Origin: a candidate division WWE3 bacterium UBA1401
GTDB lineage: Bacteria > Patescibacteriota > WWE3 > UBA101185 > UBA10185
Length of the DNA stretch: 64,000 nt
Assembly: GCA_002305115.1 (NCBI GenBank)
Contig: DBQF01000001.1
Span: 224,916 to 288,915, forward strand
Direction: 5' to 3'
Position 1 is the stretch's first letter. Every line of letters starts with the position of its first letter. A program made the position numbers and the translations under genes. Below, in pieces: positions 24,499-35,722 of this stretch. The notes below the pieces were generated by a model. That model saw nothing but the letters and a program-made list of their open reading frames with translations, did no database searches and was not told where the DNA came from.

Positions 24499-25179
24499 CT
24501 AGTCTTCGATTTTGTAGCCAAATCCAATCACTGTTTGAATAAGCGGGAATTCGAATGGGTAATCTACTTTTTCTCGTAAATAGCCGATATAAACGTCAAC
24601 AATTCTGTCGTTCACATAGGAAGTTTTCCAGACGTGATTTAGGATCATCTCTCTTGATAGCACCTTATTTTTGTTAACCACCAGATAATGCAGCAGTTTA
24701 AATTCAGTTGGAGTTAAGACAATGGCCATATTCTGGCGCTTAACTTCCAAAGTTTCTGTATTCATAGTCAGATCTTTGGCGCCAATTACAGTCGCACTTT
24801 TACCCTCCACTGTGTTTTCTTTAGGGGTCATTGCCACTTGGACTCTGGCTAAGAATTCTTCGGTAGATATTGGCTTTATCATGAAATCCACTTTGGGATT
24901 TTTTAAAACATCAGAAATCAATTGCACATCAGATTCATTGCCGATAAAAACTATGGGGATTTTGGGGAATTCTTTGTGAAATTGCTTAACGAAAGATTGT
25001 GCAGTTATAGTTTTGCAGCCATAACAAGTTATTACCAAATCCATGTCTATGTTATACATATCTTTTAAGAGTGCCACTTCGTCTTTGGCTGTTATTACTT
25101 TATATCCCGCCTCTATTAGGATTCTCTTTAGGAATTGCAGGTAGGCCTCATCATTTTGTATTAATGCAATTACCTTCAT
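24499..25179 (-). CDS. OmpR-family winged-helix regulator with an atypical (Asp-less) receiver domain
   Basis: C-terminal 'LTPTEFKLLHYL...VDVYIGYLREKV'. The receiver has 'DLVITCYG' where 'DLVLLD' is expected, so Cys sits at the phospho-Asp position. Confidence 0.75.
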   Translation of the reverse strand: MKVIALIQNDEAYLQFLKRILIEAGYKVITAKDEVALLKDMYNIDMDLVITCYGCKTITAQSFVKQFHKEFPKIPIVFIGNESDVQLISDVLKNPKVDFMIKPISTEEFLARVQVAMTPKENTVEGKSATVIGAKDLTMNTETLEVKRQNMAIVLTPTEFKLLHYLVVNKNKVLSREMILNHVWKTSYVNDRIVDVYIGYLREKVDYPFEFPLIQTVIGFGYKIED

Positions 25180-25309
25180 TGCTCTATTATATACTCCTAA
25201 CTGAAGTTAAAAAATACTCTTTTCTTCCTTCTTACCTTGTTCTTACGTAGCGTTTACTAAACTCTCTAAAGTTCTTTGCTACATTTAGTTTGTATTTTAC
25301 TAAATATAT

Positions 25310-27976
25310 ATGCAAAATGCTATCTGTGATATTTGCCATGTCAGACCTGCTACCACTGCAGTTTCGGTGTTCGATCACGGCGTTAGAAAAACAATAAACG
25401 TATGTGATTTTGATTATCAAAGACTTCAGACAACACAGGCAAGGCGCACTATGCTGGAGTCTTTGTTTGACATGGATCCGTTTCAACACTTTACTTATAC
25501 ACAAGAATCAGACCTTTTTACACCAGAAGACGATATTCAGCAAGCCGAAGCGTTAGCAAGAGACTACCTTGAGATTTCCAAGTTCTTTTCAGAGCAAACC
25601 ACAGACATTTTCAAAGAGGCGGGCAATGTTGCAGAAGGTTTTAACCGTAACGAAGTAGATACTGAGCATGTGCTTTATGCCGCTCTAGGCAATCCATTGG
25701 TAGTCAAACTTTTAGCTAAGCTTGGCACAAACGCTGATGATATTAAGGCATATATAGACACCAATGTGGCGCAAGGCACCTTGTCTGATGAAGCTTCGCT
25801 AGCTGCAGATTTAACTATTTCACCAAGAGTAAAAGATGTTTTAGAGAGAGCCTTTCAGGCTTCACGCGACCTTGGTTCCAGTTATATAGGCCCTGAGCAC
25901 ATACTAATAGGCCTAGCAGAAGAAGACGATGGCTTAGGCGGTATTACTCTGCGTAAGTTTGGAGTAGATCCAACTGCCCTTAGAGATGCCATTAACCTAC
26001 TCCAGAAAACTCCGGCTAAAGCTCCAAGAGTAATTTTAAATGTACCAACATTGGCAAAGTACACAAGAGATCTAACGGAGTTAGCTGAACAGGGCAAGCT
26101 CGACCCGGTAATTGGCAGAACAGATGAGATAAGTACGTTGATTGAAGTTTTGTCCAGAAGGACTAAAAATAATCCGGTCTTGATAGGTGAAGCAGGTGTA
26201 GGCAAGACAGCTATAGTTGAAGGTTTGGCTCAACGTATTGTGAACGGGGATGTTCCGGAGCACTTGTTAACTAAACGGGTATATGAAGTGAGTGTGAATT
26301 CTCTAGTTGCAGGAACAAAGTATCGGGGAGAATTTGAAGAGCGACTGGAAACTCTTATCAACGAGGTTATAGCAAACAAAGAGCATTTGATTTTGTTTGT
26401 TGATGAACTCCATATGATTGTAGGTGCCGGCGCCGGTGGTGAAGGTGAGACCGGTGATGTTTCCAACATTATTAAACCCTATCTAGCCCGAGGTGATATC
26501 AACCTAATTGGTGCAACTACACTAGGTGAATATACCAAGTACATTGAAAAAGACGCAGCACTAGAAAGGCGGTTTCAGCCAATTCTGGTTGCTGAGCCTA
26601 CAGTTGAGGAAACAATAGAAATTCTGCGAGGTTTAAGGGATAAATACGAAGCATTTCATAAAGTACGCATAACCGATAGAGCCATTGTGTCTGCGGCTGA
26701 ACTTTCAGATAGATATATAAAAAACCGGCTACTTCCGGATAAAGCCATAGATTTAGTAGATCAAGCATCCGCGCGCTCGCGTATTAGTTCGGGAGTATTT
26801 TCTGCCGAAATAAAAAGGCTTAACAGTGATATAGAACGGTTAGGTATGGAAGAGGATTTTGCAGCCACTTACGGCAATTATGACGAAGCGGAAAAGATCA
26901 GGGACAAGCTTGATAAATTGAGAGAAAGAAGGGATGAAATAAATGCCCAATGGGAAACTGAACGAGGTACTACTTCTGTAGATGTTACAGAAGAAGATAT
27001 AGCTACAGTGGTTTCTAAACTTACCGGTATTCCTGTTACTCAACTTACCCAAGAGGAACGGGCTAAACTGATGCAGCTTGAAACTGCTATTCAGCAAAAG
27101 ATAATTGGTCAGGAAAAAGCAGTTACTGCCGTAGCACGAGCAATTCGAAGGTCACGGGCAGGGTTGTTAGCAAGTACTCGGCCTATTGCAGTTTTTATGT
27201 TTCTTGGCCCAACAGGTGTAGGTAAAACCGAACTAGCCAAGGCTTTAGCCAGAGTGATGTTTGGTGATGACAAAGCTTTAATTAGAATAGATATGTCTGA
27301 ATATAAAGAGAGTCATACTATTTCCAAATTAATTGGGTCGCCACCGGGATATATTGGTTATGAAGAGAGTGGCTATTTAACAGAGAAAGTGCGAAGAAGT
27401 CCGTATAGTGTTATTTTGCTAGATGAGCTGGAAAAGGCGCATCCTGACGTGCATAATTTGCTGCTTCAGATTTTTGACGAAGGCAGGCTTACAGATAGCA
27501 AAGGTAGAACAGTAGATTTCACTAACACTATAATTATTGCCACCAGCAACTTGGGTTCTGAGTATATTCAGAAGTATGGCAAAGTAACCGAAGAGTTGCA
27601 GAAGCAAGTTAACGATTTTTTAGCTAATGTATTTAGACCTGAATTTTTGAACAGAATTGATGAAGTGATTATTTTCCATTCGTTAAGCAAGGAACAAATT
27701 AGACAAATTGTGGATTTGAGGCTTAGTGAAGTATGTGAAGTTTTGGAAGGCCAGGGATTAACAGTAGATTTTACAGACGAGTTAAAAGATTATCTGGCTG
27801 AGCAAGGTTATGACCCTAGGTTTGGAGCAAGGGAATTAAATAGGATTATTCAAGCGCAGGTGATGGATGTATTGGCGGAAACATTGTTAAGCGGCAAGGT
27901 TGACCCTCAGAAGGTGCAGAAGTTGCAAATAGATTATTCCGATGAGCAGGGTAAGGTAGTGGTGGAGGGTTTGTGA
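25310..27976 (+). CDS. clpC: ATP-dependent Clp chaperone ClpC-type (two AAA+ modules)
   Basis: Clp_N repeats. Walker A 'GEAGVGKT' and 'GPTGVGKT'. UVR-like '[11 protein letters not shown]' middle region. Extra Cys-rich N-terminal ~45 aa. Confidence 0.85.
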   Translation: MQNAICDICHVRPATTAVSVFDHGVRKTINVCDFDYQRLQTTQARRTMLESLFDMDPFQHFTYTQESDLFTPEDDIQQAEALARDYLEISKFFSEQTTDIFKEAGNVAEGFNRNEVDTEHVLYAALGNPLVVKLLAKLGTNADDIKAYIDTNVAQGTLSDEASLAADLTISPRVKDVLERAFQASRDLGSSYIGPEHILIGLAEEDDGLGGITLRKFGVDPTALRDAINLLQKTPAKAPRVILNVPTLAKYTRDLTELAEQGKLDPVIGRTDEISTLIEVLSRRTKNNPVLIGEAGVGKTAIVEGLAQRIVNGDVPEHLLTKRVYEVSVNSLVAGTKYRGEFEERLETLINEVIANKEHLILFVDELHMIVGAGAGGEGETGDVSNIIKPYLARGDINLIGATTLGEYTKYIEKDAALERRFQPILVAEPTVEETIEILRGLRDKYEAFHKVRITDRAIVSAAELSDRYIKNRLLPDKAIDLVDQASARSRISSGVFSAEIKRLNSDIERLGMEEDFAATYGNYDEAEKIRDKLDKLRERRDEINAQWETERGTTSVDVTEEDIATVVSKLTGIPVTQLTQEERAKLMQLETAIQQKIIGQEKAVTAVARAIRRSRAGLLASTRPIAVFMFLGPTGVGKTELAKALARVMFGDDKALIRIDMSEYKESHTISKLIGSPPGYIGYEESGYLTEKVRRSPYSVILLDELEKAHPDVHNLLLQIFDEGRLTDSKGRTVDFTNTIIIATSNLGSEYIQKYGKVTEELQKQVNDFLANVFRPEFLNRIDEVIIFHSLSKEQIRQIVDLRLSEVCEVLEGQGLTVDFTDELKDYLAEQGYDPRFGARELNRIIQAQVMDVLAETLLSGKVDPQKVQKLQIDYSDEQGKVVVEGL

Positions 27977-28027
27977 ATGCTCCCTTAACTAGAGGCTTAA
28001 GCCTCTGGTTAATAGTGTGCCTTATTT

Positions 28028-28555
28028 CTACGCAGTCTTTTTGCCGGGAACAAGCTCTACCGGCGGTAGCTTTACTGTTACATCCTTAGTATATCTATTT
28101 CCCTCTTTCTTTTTGTGCCTCCTAAACAAAGGCTCCCTAATAGTTACTTCAAGATGATATTGCCCCTCTTTGGGTATTTGCCAGTTCTCTCCATAATGAT
28201 ACAAGAACGGATGCCAGATGAATCTTTGCTTCTTTTCGCCAACTAGTCCATCTTGCCCATCAACTAACTTACAGTAAATTTCCAAATAAGGTACAAACTT
28301 TAAATTTTCCTTATCTTGTACCATAACTTCTATGTGTTGGTTCTGATTCAGATCCGGTGTAAGCCATACTAGTTCGCCTTCTACGTCTGGAGTATACATG
28401 CCTTCTGCTTCTTCGAATGCACCGGTAATGATATAGTCATCGGTCTCCTGCTGCACGGATGTATGTAACTCCATAAAAAAATCCAAGGTTTCTTTATAAG
28501 CTTCGCCTTGTTTCTGGCTTAAGCTTTTTAACCTTTCTTCCTGCTCTTTAGTCAT
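28028..28555 (-). CDS. conserved hypothetical protein (possibly P19/'iron transporter'-like beta-sandwich)
   Basis: The 'FIWHPFLYHYGENW' motif recalls proteins annotated as iron transporter. Weak evidence. Confidence 0.35.
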   Translation of the reverse strand: MTKEQEERLKSLSQKQGEAYKETLDFFMELHTSVQQETDDYIITGAFEEAEGMYTPDVEGELVWLTPDLNQNQHIEVMVQDKENLKFVPYLEIYCKLVDGQDGLVGEKKQRFIWHPFLYHYGENWQIPKEGQYHLEVTIREPLFRRHKKKEGNRYTKDVTVKLPPVELVPGKKTA

Positions 28556-28563
28556 AAAGCTCC

Positions 28564-29046
28564 TTAATAAATAATTACTTTAGTTCCGGGATCCGACGTA
28601 GATGGCAGGTCTATCCAGTTGTACAGATCCTTGGCGTCTTCCGTTCTTAAATTCACACAGCCATGGCTCATTGGATTTCCAAAGTTATTGTGCCAATATG
28701 TTCCATGAATTGCATAGCCTTCAGTCTCAGATATTTGGTTATTAGCAAAATAAACTACATAAGGCACATTGGGCAGATCATAATAGCTTTCTGTACCAGG
28801 TACTCCGCCTATCATACGGTCGTACCTTAGTTTTATCCATGGATAAAAGGTTCCTTGTGGCGTAGGCCAGGTTGGCAGCCCGGTAGAAACAGGTATGTCA
28901 TAAATAAGCTTATTGTTTTCAAAGGCATATAGCCTTTGGGTTTCAGTATTTATCATTATTTGTTTAGAAGTTTGGGCGTGTGCAGTACGTGGCACTACCA
29001 GCAGTGTTATTGTTATAATTAGAGCAGTAGCAAATTGTTTTAACAT
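28564..29046 (-). CDS. L,D-transpeptidase (YkuD domain), secreted
   Basis: 'AIHGTYWHNNFGNPMSHGCVNL' catalytic motif. Has a signal peptide. Confidence 0.85.
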   Translation of the reverse strand: MLKQFATALIITITLLVVPRTAHAQTSKQIMINTETQRLYAFENNKLIYDIPVSTGLPTWPTPQGTFYPWIKLRYDRMIGGVPGTESYYDLPNVPYVVYFANNQISETEGYAIHGTYWHNNFGNPMSHGCVNLRTEDAKDLYNWIDLPSTSDPGTKVIIY

Positions 29047-29120
29047 GGTTTGGTTACTATAGCCTGGGTTTTTTAAGTTGGCATAAGCCGTTTGTAAGAA
29101 AGTTATAGGAGGATTCTTAT

Positions 29121-29516
29121 ATGTTTAATAAAGTCAAAAAGTATGGCTTCTATGTTTTCTTAATATGTGGCGCCATGGCAGTAATAACTTTAGTTATTTC
29201 ATCAATTCAAATTGGTAATCATGTACAAGATCAGTGTGCTTATGCAGTTAGTTTGTATGGTAGCGATTGTGTTACGGCTTTAGGTAGTCTGGTGCAGGAT
29301 GCTAATAGAACTTATGGAGAAAGAAATAACGCGATATGGGCATTGGGGCAGTTGGGTGACGCGCGTGGTTTACCTATTTTGGAGAAGTACTATACAGGAG
29401 TTATCCTCGATAAGGAGCCTTGGAATGGCGTTTTGTCTCAATATGAATTAGGCAAGGCAATTAAGTTGTTGCGTGGTGGCTTTAATCTTACATCCCTATT
29501 TCGCAAAGATATCTAG
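29121..29516 (+). CDS. HEAT-repeat (PBS-lyase-like) membrane-anchored protein
   Basis: 'RNNAIWALGQLGDARGLPIL' HEAT-like repeat. Confidence 0.5.
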   Translation: MFNKVKKYGFYVFLICGAMAVITLVISSIQIGNHVQDQCAYAVSLYGSDCVTALGSLVQDANRTYGERNNAIWALGQLGDARGLPILEKYYTGVILDKEPWNGVLSQYELGKAIKLLRGGFNLTSLFRKDI

Positions 29517-29576
29517 CTCACAGTTTTCTTACTAGTAGTTAACACGTATCAAATCGATAATTGTTACACTAAGTTT

Positions 29577-30665
29577 ATGACCAGAATTATTTTGTTAGTT
29601 GTGATTGCTGTAGCTATACTATTTGGCCTTTACTTGATGTTTGGCACTGATGAGGCTATTTCTGAAATGCCTTCTCAAGCGCAGCCTCAAAGTTCTGAAA
29701 CTATTCAGATTATTGCAGAAAATTTGGAAGTTCCCTGGGCGCTAAAGTTTTTGCCCGACGATTCCATTATTTTTACAGAACGTGTGGGCAACTTAAAATA
29801 TATGGCTGCCAACTATAACTTAGCTTCCGCGCCTATTGCCCAACTTCCCGATGTAGTCACAATAGGTGAAGGGGGCTTATTAGGTTTGGAAATACATCCA
29901 GACTTTGAAACTAATAACTATATCTATATGTATTACACTTACACAAGTGGTGGTAATACACTAAACAAAGTTGTTAGGTATAAGCTTGAAAATATGGAGC
30001 TTACAGAAGATATGATTATTTTGGAAAATATACCCGGGTCAGCTAATCATAACGGCGGCAGGCTTGCATTTGGACCGGATGGCTATTTATACATAACTAC
30101 AGGTGATGCTGGCAATGCCTCTTTAGCTCAAGATACTTCTTCTTTAGCAGGAAAAATTTTACGGATGGCAGATGATGGGGGTATTCCGGAAGATAATCCG
30201 TTTAGTAATGCTGTCTACTCATATGGTCACAGAAACCCTCAAGGTTTAGCTTGGGACAGCCAGCGCAGATTGTGGGCAACTGAACACGGTTCTTCCGCGC
30301 ACGATGAGCTTAATTTAATTGAGCGTGGTGCCAATTATGGTTGGCCGGATATTACAGGTGATGAAACCAGGGAAGGTATGCAAGCGCCTGTAATACAAAG
30401 TGGTGATGCAACTTGGGCACCTACAGGGTTAGCACATCTTAATGGTAATTTATACTTTGCTGGGTTGCGAGGATCTGCTTTGTATAGATATGACATAGAA
30501 GATGCAAGGCTAGATCAATTTTTGGAGAATGCCTATGGTAGACTTCGAGCAGTGGAATTAGGCCCCAATAACTTGTTATATGTTTCAACCAGTAATCGTG
30601 ATGGCAGAGGCACACCTGTTTCAAGTGATGACAGAATTATCGTGATAGATCCTACTAAGTTTTAG
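29577..30665 (+). CDS. PQQ-dependent sugar dehydrogenase (soluble aldose dehydrogenase family)
   Basis: 'HNGGRLAFGPDGYLYITTGD', 'YGHRNPQGLAWD' and 'GANYGWP'. Confidence 0.8.
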   Translation: MTRIILLVVIAVAILFGLYLMFGTDEAISEMPSQAQPQSSETIQIIAENLEVPWALKFLPDDSIIFTERVGNLKYMAANYNLASAPIAQLPDVVTIGEGGLLGLEIHPDFETNNYIYMYYTYTSGGNTLNKVVRYKLENMELTEDMIILENIPGSANHNGGRLAFGPDGYLYITTGDAGNASLAQDTSSLAGKILRMADDGGIPEDNPFSNAVYSYGHRNPQGLAWDSQRRLWATEHGSSAHDELNLIERGANYGWPDITGDETREGMQAPVIQSGDATWAPTGLAHLNGNLYFAGLRGSALYRYDIEDARLDQFLENAYGRLRAVELGPNNLLYVSTSNRDGRGTPVSSDDRIIVIDPTKF

Positions 30666-32170
30666 TCTTTAGTCTTAGGCTCTACTCTATATATTTTAAC
30701 CACAGTTGCACCTTGGGCATTTTTTATTTCGTGAACTGTGTGTTTGCCATGTATCTGGGACATTTTGTAATCATACTGTAAAGACAGAGGACGTTTAATA
30801 CCAACAGCATAAAAAGGTTCACTAGTGTTTGCATCAACTGTCTTAACATCCATGTAAAAGCTGTCTATTCTGATTTCGTTCGTGTAGTAGCCTAATTCTT
30901 CGTTATTCAGTTTATTTTGTTCTGTGATAAATGCATTTATTTCTTTCCAGTATCTTTTATGGGGAAATCCTGTCCTATGCCGAATGTTATCGGAATGTTC
31001 TGCTTCTTTGGTTTTTAGCCCCAAAATATTCTCAGATTCCATTGGATATTCAACCGAGTGATCTACAAACAATAAATATGATTGGTAGTAGAAAAACGCT
31101 AGCACCAGCCCGGTAACGCCCAGAAGAATTGGTTTAAGTTTTGGTACCAGCCTAGTTATTTGGAAAATTCCCAGAGCGCAAATAATTACCCAGGGAATGA
31201 ACATATTATAAAAATGCAAGCCTGAATAATTTATGAAAAATCTAAAAATTAGGAATATAATCAGTCCCCAGAGTGCCACTAAGTAATTTTTCTTGAAAAA
31301 AATTGCGCCTATGGCCATTGTAGCTAAATAGAACCACAACGTGATAAACGGGTTATAAAGCAGAAATTGTACTAAGTCCGGCCGATCTATAAATCTACCT
31401 CCCATACCTACAATAGAGCTTAAATAGGCCTGGTTGCGCTCTGATTTCATGTAATAGTTAATGTAGGGAATCATGAAGGGGGCGAGTAGTACTAATGCCA
31501 ACCCCAAATTACTTAGAGTAAGTACTAGTTTGTATTTTGCTGCAAAATTTTTATTAAGTAAGAATTCTACGTACAAATAGCCAATGGGAATTAGAATATA
31601 AACTGCATCCCAATGCGATAAAAATGAAAGCGCGAACATAAAGGTTCCCAGCAGAGTTTTCCCCAAGTGTTTTGCTTCTGGTTCCCTCAAAGAAGTATAA
31701 AAATATAATGCAGCAAACGAAAACAATAAATTTAGGTTCTGATATTGTGCTATCCTGCCGTATGCTACTACTAAGCCGTTGGTGGATAGCAAAGTGGTGG
31801 ATACAAACGCAACAAATGTATTACCTGTAAGCTTTTTAACTACGAAATAAAACACTACCATGGCGGCACTTCCTGCCAGTGCAAAAGGCAGGCGCTGGGC
31901 GAGTTCATTTTCGTAGTTGCCAACAATGTAATATGGAATTAAGCCCACGAAAATCTGCATAGGACCTTTGCGTTGTTTTAACAGGAATTCCCATTTAGAT
32001 AGATGCCCGTCTGCGCCATAACCTCTGTAGTAGAAAGTTCCGGGTTCATCAGACATGTATTCCGAGTAACCTAAGTTAATTAGTCTTAATGATAAGGTTG
32101 CAATTATAAGTATCGTTAGAAGTACTCTTTCTTTATGTTTGACAATAAGTTTCACTCTAGCATTATACAT
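30662..32170 (-). CDS. GT-C glycosyltransferase (ArnT/PMT-like) membrane protein
   Basis: Polytopic 502 aa with an early 'YMSDEPGTFY' acidic loop. Confidence 0.65.
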   Translation of the reverse strand: MYNARVKLIVKHKERVLLTILIIATLSLRLINLGYSEYMSDEPGTFYYRGYGADGHLSKWEFLLKQRKGPMQIFVGLIPYYIVGNYENELAQRLPFALAGSAAMVVFYFVVKKLTGNTFVAFVSTTLLSTNGLVVAYGRIAQYQNLNLLFSFAALYFYTSLREPEAKHLGKTLLGTFMFALSFLSHWDAVYILIPIGYLYVEFLLNKNFAAKYKLVLTLSNLGLALVLLAPFMIPYINYYMKSERNQAYLSSIVGMGGRFIDRPDLVQFLLYNPFITLWFYLATMAIGAIFFKKNYLVALWGLIIFLIFRFFINYSGLHFYNMFIPWVIICALGIFQITRLVPKLKPILLGVTGLVLAFFYYQSYLLFVDHSVEYPMESENILGLKTKEAEHSDNIRHRTGFPHKRYWKEINAFITEQNKLNNEELGYYTNEIRIDSFYMDVKTVDANTSEPFYAVGIKRPLSLQYDYKMSQIHGKHTVHEIKNAQGATVVKIYRVEPKTKD

Positions 32171-32264
32171 ATTCTTATGTATTTCTTGAGAACTTTTTAC
32201 AGTTATTAAATAATCAATCCTTACAATCGTTATAATAAATAATTTTGTAGAAAGAGGTAATTAC

Positions 32265-32828
32265 ATGAATCAAAATGAAGTAATAATTGGAGTTTTTCCG
32301 GATCATAAAAAAGCGGATGATGCGATAAAAGATCTGGAAAAAAACGGTGTTGATGCCAGTAATGTTTCTATAATTATGAAAAGCCCCGGTGAGGGTAAGC
32401 CAGTTGCCGGAGATAAAAACATTAGTGTAGTTGGTGGTGTAGTTAAAAATTTGGCAGGAGGTGCCGGAACAGGTGGCATTATTGGTGGTCTGCTGGGGTT
32501 GTTAGTGGGAATTACGGCAATTACTATTCCTGGGCTAGGGGGTTTACTTATTGCGGGGCCTGTGGCTGAGGCGCTTGGGCTTACGGGTGCTGCTGCTACT
32601 ACTGTAACGGGTGCAGTGACAGGTGCTACGCTTGGTGGTTTGATAGGAATTTTTGAAGGAATTGGTGCTTCCAGGGAAGATGCTAAGATGTATGCTAAAT
32701 ATGTGCAGGATGGAGCTATTCTTGTGGCAGTTCCTGCCATGATGCAACAGGAGTTACAGGTGGAAGATATTATGAAAGAGCATGACGCTCAGCAGGTGGG
32801 TACTATTCCATTAAGAGGCCAGCAGTAA
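32265..32828 (+). CDS. general-stress-type protein with a Gly-zipper membrane segment
   Basis: Paralogue of 23135-23659 ('GVFPDHKKADDAIKDLEKNG', GxxxG core, 'DAKMYAKYVQDG'). Confidence 0.55.
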   Translation: MNQNEVIIGVFPDHKKADDAIKDLEKNGVDASNVSIIMKSPGEGKPVAGDKNISVVGGVVKNLAGGAGTGGIIGGLLGLLVGITAITIPGLGGLLIAGPVAEALGLTGAAATTVTGAVTGATLGGLIGIFEGIGASREDAKMYAKYVQDGAILVAVPAMMQQELQVEDIMKEHDAQQVGTIPLRGQQ

Positions 32829-32869
32829 ACTTTGTCTTTGACACACACTATAAAACCACCTAGACTAAA

Positions 32870-35722
32870 GTGGTAATGCCCAAAGACTTAACTGCCCTGT
32901 TCTGCCCTAAAACTCTTGCCATTGTTGGCGCTTCACGCTCTCCTGAAAAGGTTGGTGCCGTTGTCCTGAAAGGCATTCAAGAGGCGGGTTATGCAGGTAC
33001 AATATATCCTGTAAATCCTAAGGCCGTTGAGGTTGGTGGTCTTAAATGTTATCCAAGCGTGACCGATCTTCCTGAAACTCCCGATCTAGCTATTGTAGCT
33101 ATTCCGGCACCTTTAGTTTTGGAAGCATTAGCAGAAATTGGAGAAAAAGGTGTACCAAACGTAATTGTTATGTCTGCTGGTTTTAAGGAAACCGGTGACG
33201 AAGGTGCAAAGCTGGAAAAGCAGTTAGTTGAATTGGCAGACAAATATCAAATCAACATGCTTGGTCCCAATTGTATGGGTTATGTAAATACTTTGTGTTC
33301 ACTCAATGCTACTTTTGCTCATACTCCTACAGAAGTTGGTAACTTGCGGCTGGTTTCTCAGTCGGGGGCAGTAGCTGCAAGTATCTTTGATTGGTGTGAC
33401 TCTATTAATTTGGGTTTCAGTACTTTTATAACTTTGGGTAATAAGGCACAGATTACTGAAACTGATATTTTGGAATTTTACAAAAACCAGACCTTTGAGC
33501 TTGATAACAAAGGATTGTCACACGTGAGACCCATAGGTCTCTACTTAGAGTCGGTTGCTCACGGTACAGAATTTTTAAAGTTAGTAGAAGCTGTTTCCAA
33601 AACCGATCCAGTGCTAGTCATTAAGCCCGGCAAAACTTCTGCAGGCGAACACGCTATGGCATCACATACCGGTTCTATGGCTGGTGAGGATGTTGTTTTC
33701 GAAACTGCTCTTAGGCAGGCAGGTGGTATAAGGTGCAATACACTAGAGGATTTCTTTGATTTAACTAAAGCTTTTGCCTGGGAAGATGCCCCCAAGGGGC
33801 CTAAAGTTGCGGTGGTTACTAATTCTGGCGGGCCTGGTGTTATCAGTGCCGACGCGGTAGTAAGCTCTGGTTTAGAATTAACCCCTATTACAAATGAACT
33901 TAAGTCAAAATTACTAGAAGTCTTACCTCCGGCTTCTGGTTTAGCCAATCCCGTTGATGTGTTGGGTGATGCTTTGGCCGATAGATATTATCAGGCGGCA
34001 GAGATTTTATTTGAAAATGCGGAAGTTGATGTCATGCTGTTTTTGTTAACCCCTCTTTTAATGACAGAAATAGAGCAAACAGCTGAAGCTATAAATAAAC
34101 TTTCCAAAAAGTATCATAAGCCTATTTTCTGTTCATTTATTGGTGGTACAGAGGTGGTGGCAGGTAATAAAATTTTAGATACCTACAAGATTCCTGCATA
34201 TAACTTCCCTGAAAGGGCTATTTTTGCCATTTCTAAAATGTATGAATGGCAGAGAAACAAACAGCAACATGATGACATTGTTTCACTTGTCGATATGGCT
34301 GCAGATATTGATTTTGAGATTTCCAAACAGATTGTTTTTGGAGCTATCAGAAATCAGCAGGTAGCTTTAGATAATTTCCAAGTAAACGATATATTAACTT
34401 CTGTGGGAATTACAGTGCCTGCTACTAGGCCAGTAAGAACATTGGAAGAAGCACAGATTTTCTCAGCAGAAAATGGCTGGCCAGTGGTTTTGAAACTTTC
34501 TGCCTCCGGTTTGTTACATAAAAAAGACATTGGAGGTGTTATTACATCCATTGACTCATTTCAAGCCTTGGAAGAGTCGTGGGCAAGAATTAACGAGGCT
34601 CTTAACAAACTAGCTCCACAAATGCAAGAGCTGTCAGCTATCCAAATTCAGCAGCAAGTGCCTGACGGTGTTGAAGTAATTGTTGGAGTTAAAAAAGATG
34701 CTACTTTTGGTAATGTTTTGTTATTTGGTGCCGGCGGAACTTTAGCTGAGCTTATTCAAGATAGGAATTTGTATGTTTTACCTATGGAAGATAATGCAGT
34801 TGATAATTTTGTAGCCAGTTCGAAAATTTATAAAGTCCTCAAGGGTTATCGCGGCCACGAAGCTTATGCGCTAGATAAACTTTATGATTTGCTTATCAGG
34901 TTTGCTAAAACTGCTGAGGCACACACCCAAATAGCAGAAATGGAAATTAACCCGGTAATAGTTACACCAGATGCTGTTTGGGCGGTAGATGGTAAGGTAG
35001 TATTAACACAGCAAGCCTCCTCAGTACCTGCCGGGCCTAAGTTTTTAACGGCAAAAACCCTTGAGCATAAAGTGCTGGCTACAACTTATCACTATTTCGA
35101 ATTTGAGCCTGATGTACCGTTAAAATATCAGCCTGGCCAATATTTAAGCGTAAAAGTCTCCAGTGACCGTATTAACTGCTACTCTATTGCCGGCCAGAAA
35201 GGTAATAAATTTAACTTATTAGTAGATGTGCTCCCGGGCGGCCCCGGATCTAAATTTTTTGAAAGCCTTAAGGTAGGTGAAGATGTTAGTTATTTAGGAC
35301 CATTTGGCAATTTTGTGCTGCACGAAGATGATAATGCTAAGCATATTCTCCTGTTAGCTACTGGTTGTGGTTTTGCCCCACTAAAGAGCATTTTGGAGAC
35401 ACTTTTGGTTGATCGCAAGACTACTATTCCCATCAGCTTGTACTTTGGTTTTAGGAAACCCCAGGATGTCTTCTGGGAAGATTATTTTGCTAAATTAGCC
35501 TCAACATATCCGAACTTTAAGTATCACCTAACAGTGGATAAGGCAGAAGGTGATTGGTGTGGCAATATTGGCTATATAACCGAGCTTATTAATAAAGATT
35601 TTGAAGATCTGAAAGGTTTTTCTGCGTATCTTTGCGGTAGTAAACCTATGATTAATGCGGCAGTTGAACTGCTTACAAGTAAAGGCTGTTCGGAGGATAA
35701 TATTTATTATGAAAAGTTATAA
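32870..35722 (+). CDS. ADP-forming acetyl-CoA synthetase (fused alpha/beta) with a C-terminal FNR-like FAD/NAD(P)-binding module
   Basis: CoA-binding 'IAIVGASRSPEKVG'. Succinyl-CoA-ligase-like 'SQSGA' and 'HTGSMAG'. ATP-grasp region. The last ~230 aa carry 'CYSIAG', 'GPFGNF', 'LLATGCGFAPLKS' and 'YLCGSKPM'. Confidence 0.8.
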   Translation: MVMPKDLTALFCPKTLAIVGASRSPEKVGAVVLKGIQEAGYAGTIYPVNPKAVEVGGLKCYPSVTDLPETPDLAIVAIPAPLVLEALAEIGEKGVPNVIVMSAGFKETGDEGAKLEKQLVELADKYQINMLGPNCMGYVNTLCSLNATFAHTPTEVGNLRLVSQSGAVAASIFDWCDSINLGFSTFITLGNKAQITETDILEFYKNQTFELDNKGLSHVRPIGLYLESVAHGTEFLKLVEAVSKTDPVLVIKPGKTSAGEHAMASHTGSMAGEDVVFETALRQAGGIRCNTLEDFFDLTKAFAWEDAPKGPKVAVVTNSGGPGVISADAVVSSGLELTPITNELKSKLLEVLPPASGLANPVDVLGDALADRYYQAAEILFENAEVDVMLFLLTPLLMTEIEQTAEAINKLSKKYHKPIFCSFIGGTEVVAGNKILDTYKIPAYNFPERAIFAISKMYEWQRNKQQHDDIVSLVDMAADIDFEISKQIVFGAIRNQQVALDNFQVNDILTSVGITVPATRPVRTLEEAQIFSAENGWPVVLKLSASGLLHKKDIGGVITSIDSFQALEESWARINEALNKLAPQMQELSAIQIQQQVPDGVEVIVGVKKDATFGNVLLFGAGGTLAELIQDRNLYVLPMEDNAVDNFVASSKIYKVLKGYRGHEAYALDKLYDLLIRFAKTAEAHTQIAEMEINPVIVTPDAVWAVDGKVVLTQQASSVPAGPKFLTAKTLEHKVLATTYHYFEFEPDVPLKYQPGQYLSVKVSSDRINCYSIAGQKGNKFNLLVDVLPGGPGSKFFESLKVGEDVSYLGPFGNFVLHEDDNAKHILLLATGCGFAPLKSILETLLVDRKTTIPISLYFGFRKPQDVFWEDYFAKLASTYPNFKYHLTVDKAEGDWCGNIGYITELINKDFEDLKGFSAYLCGSKPMINAAVELLTSKGCSEDNIYYEKL

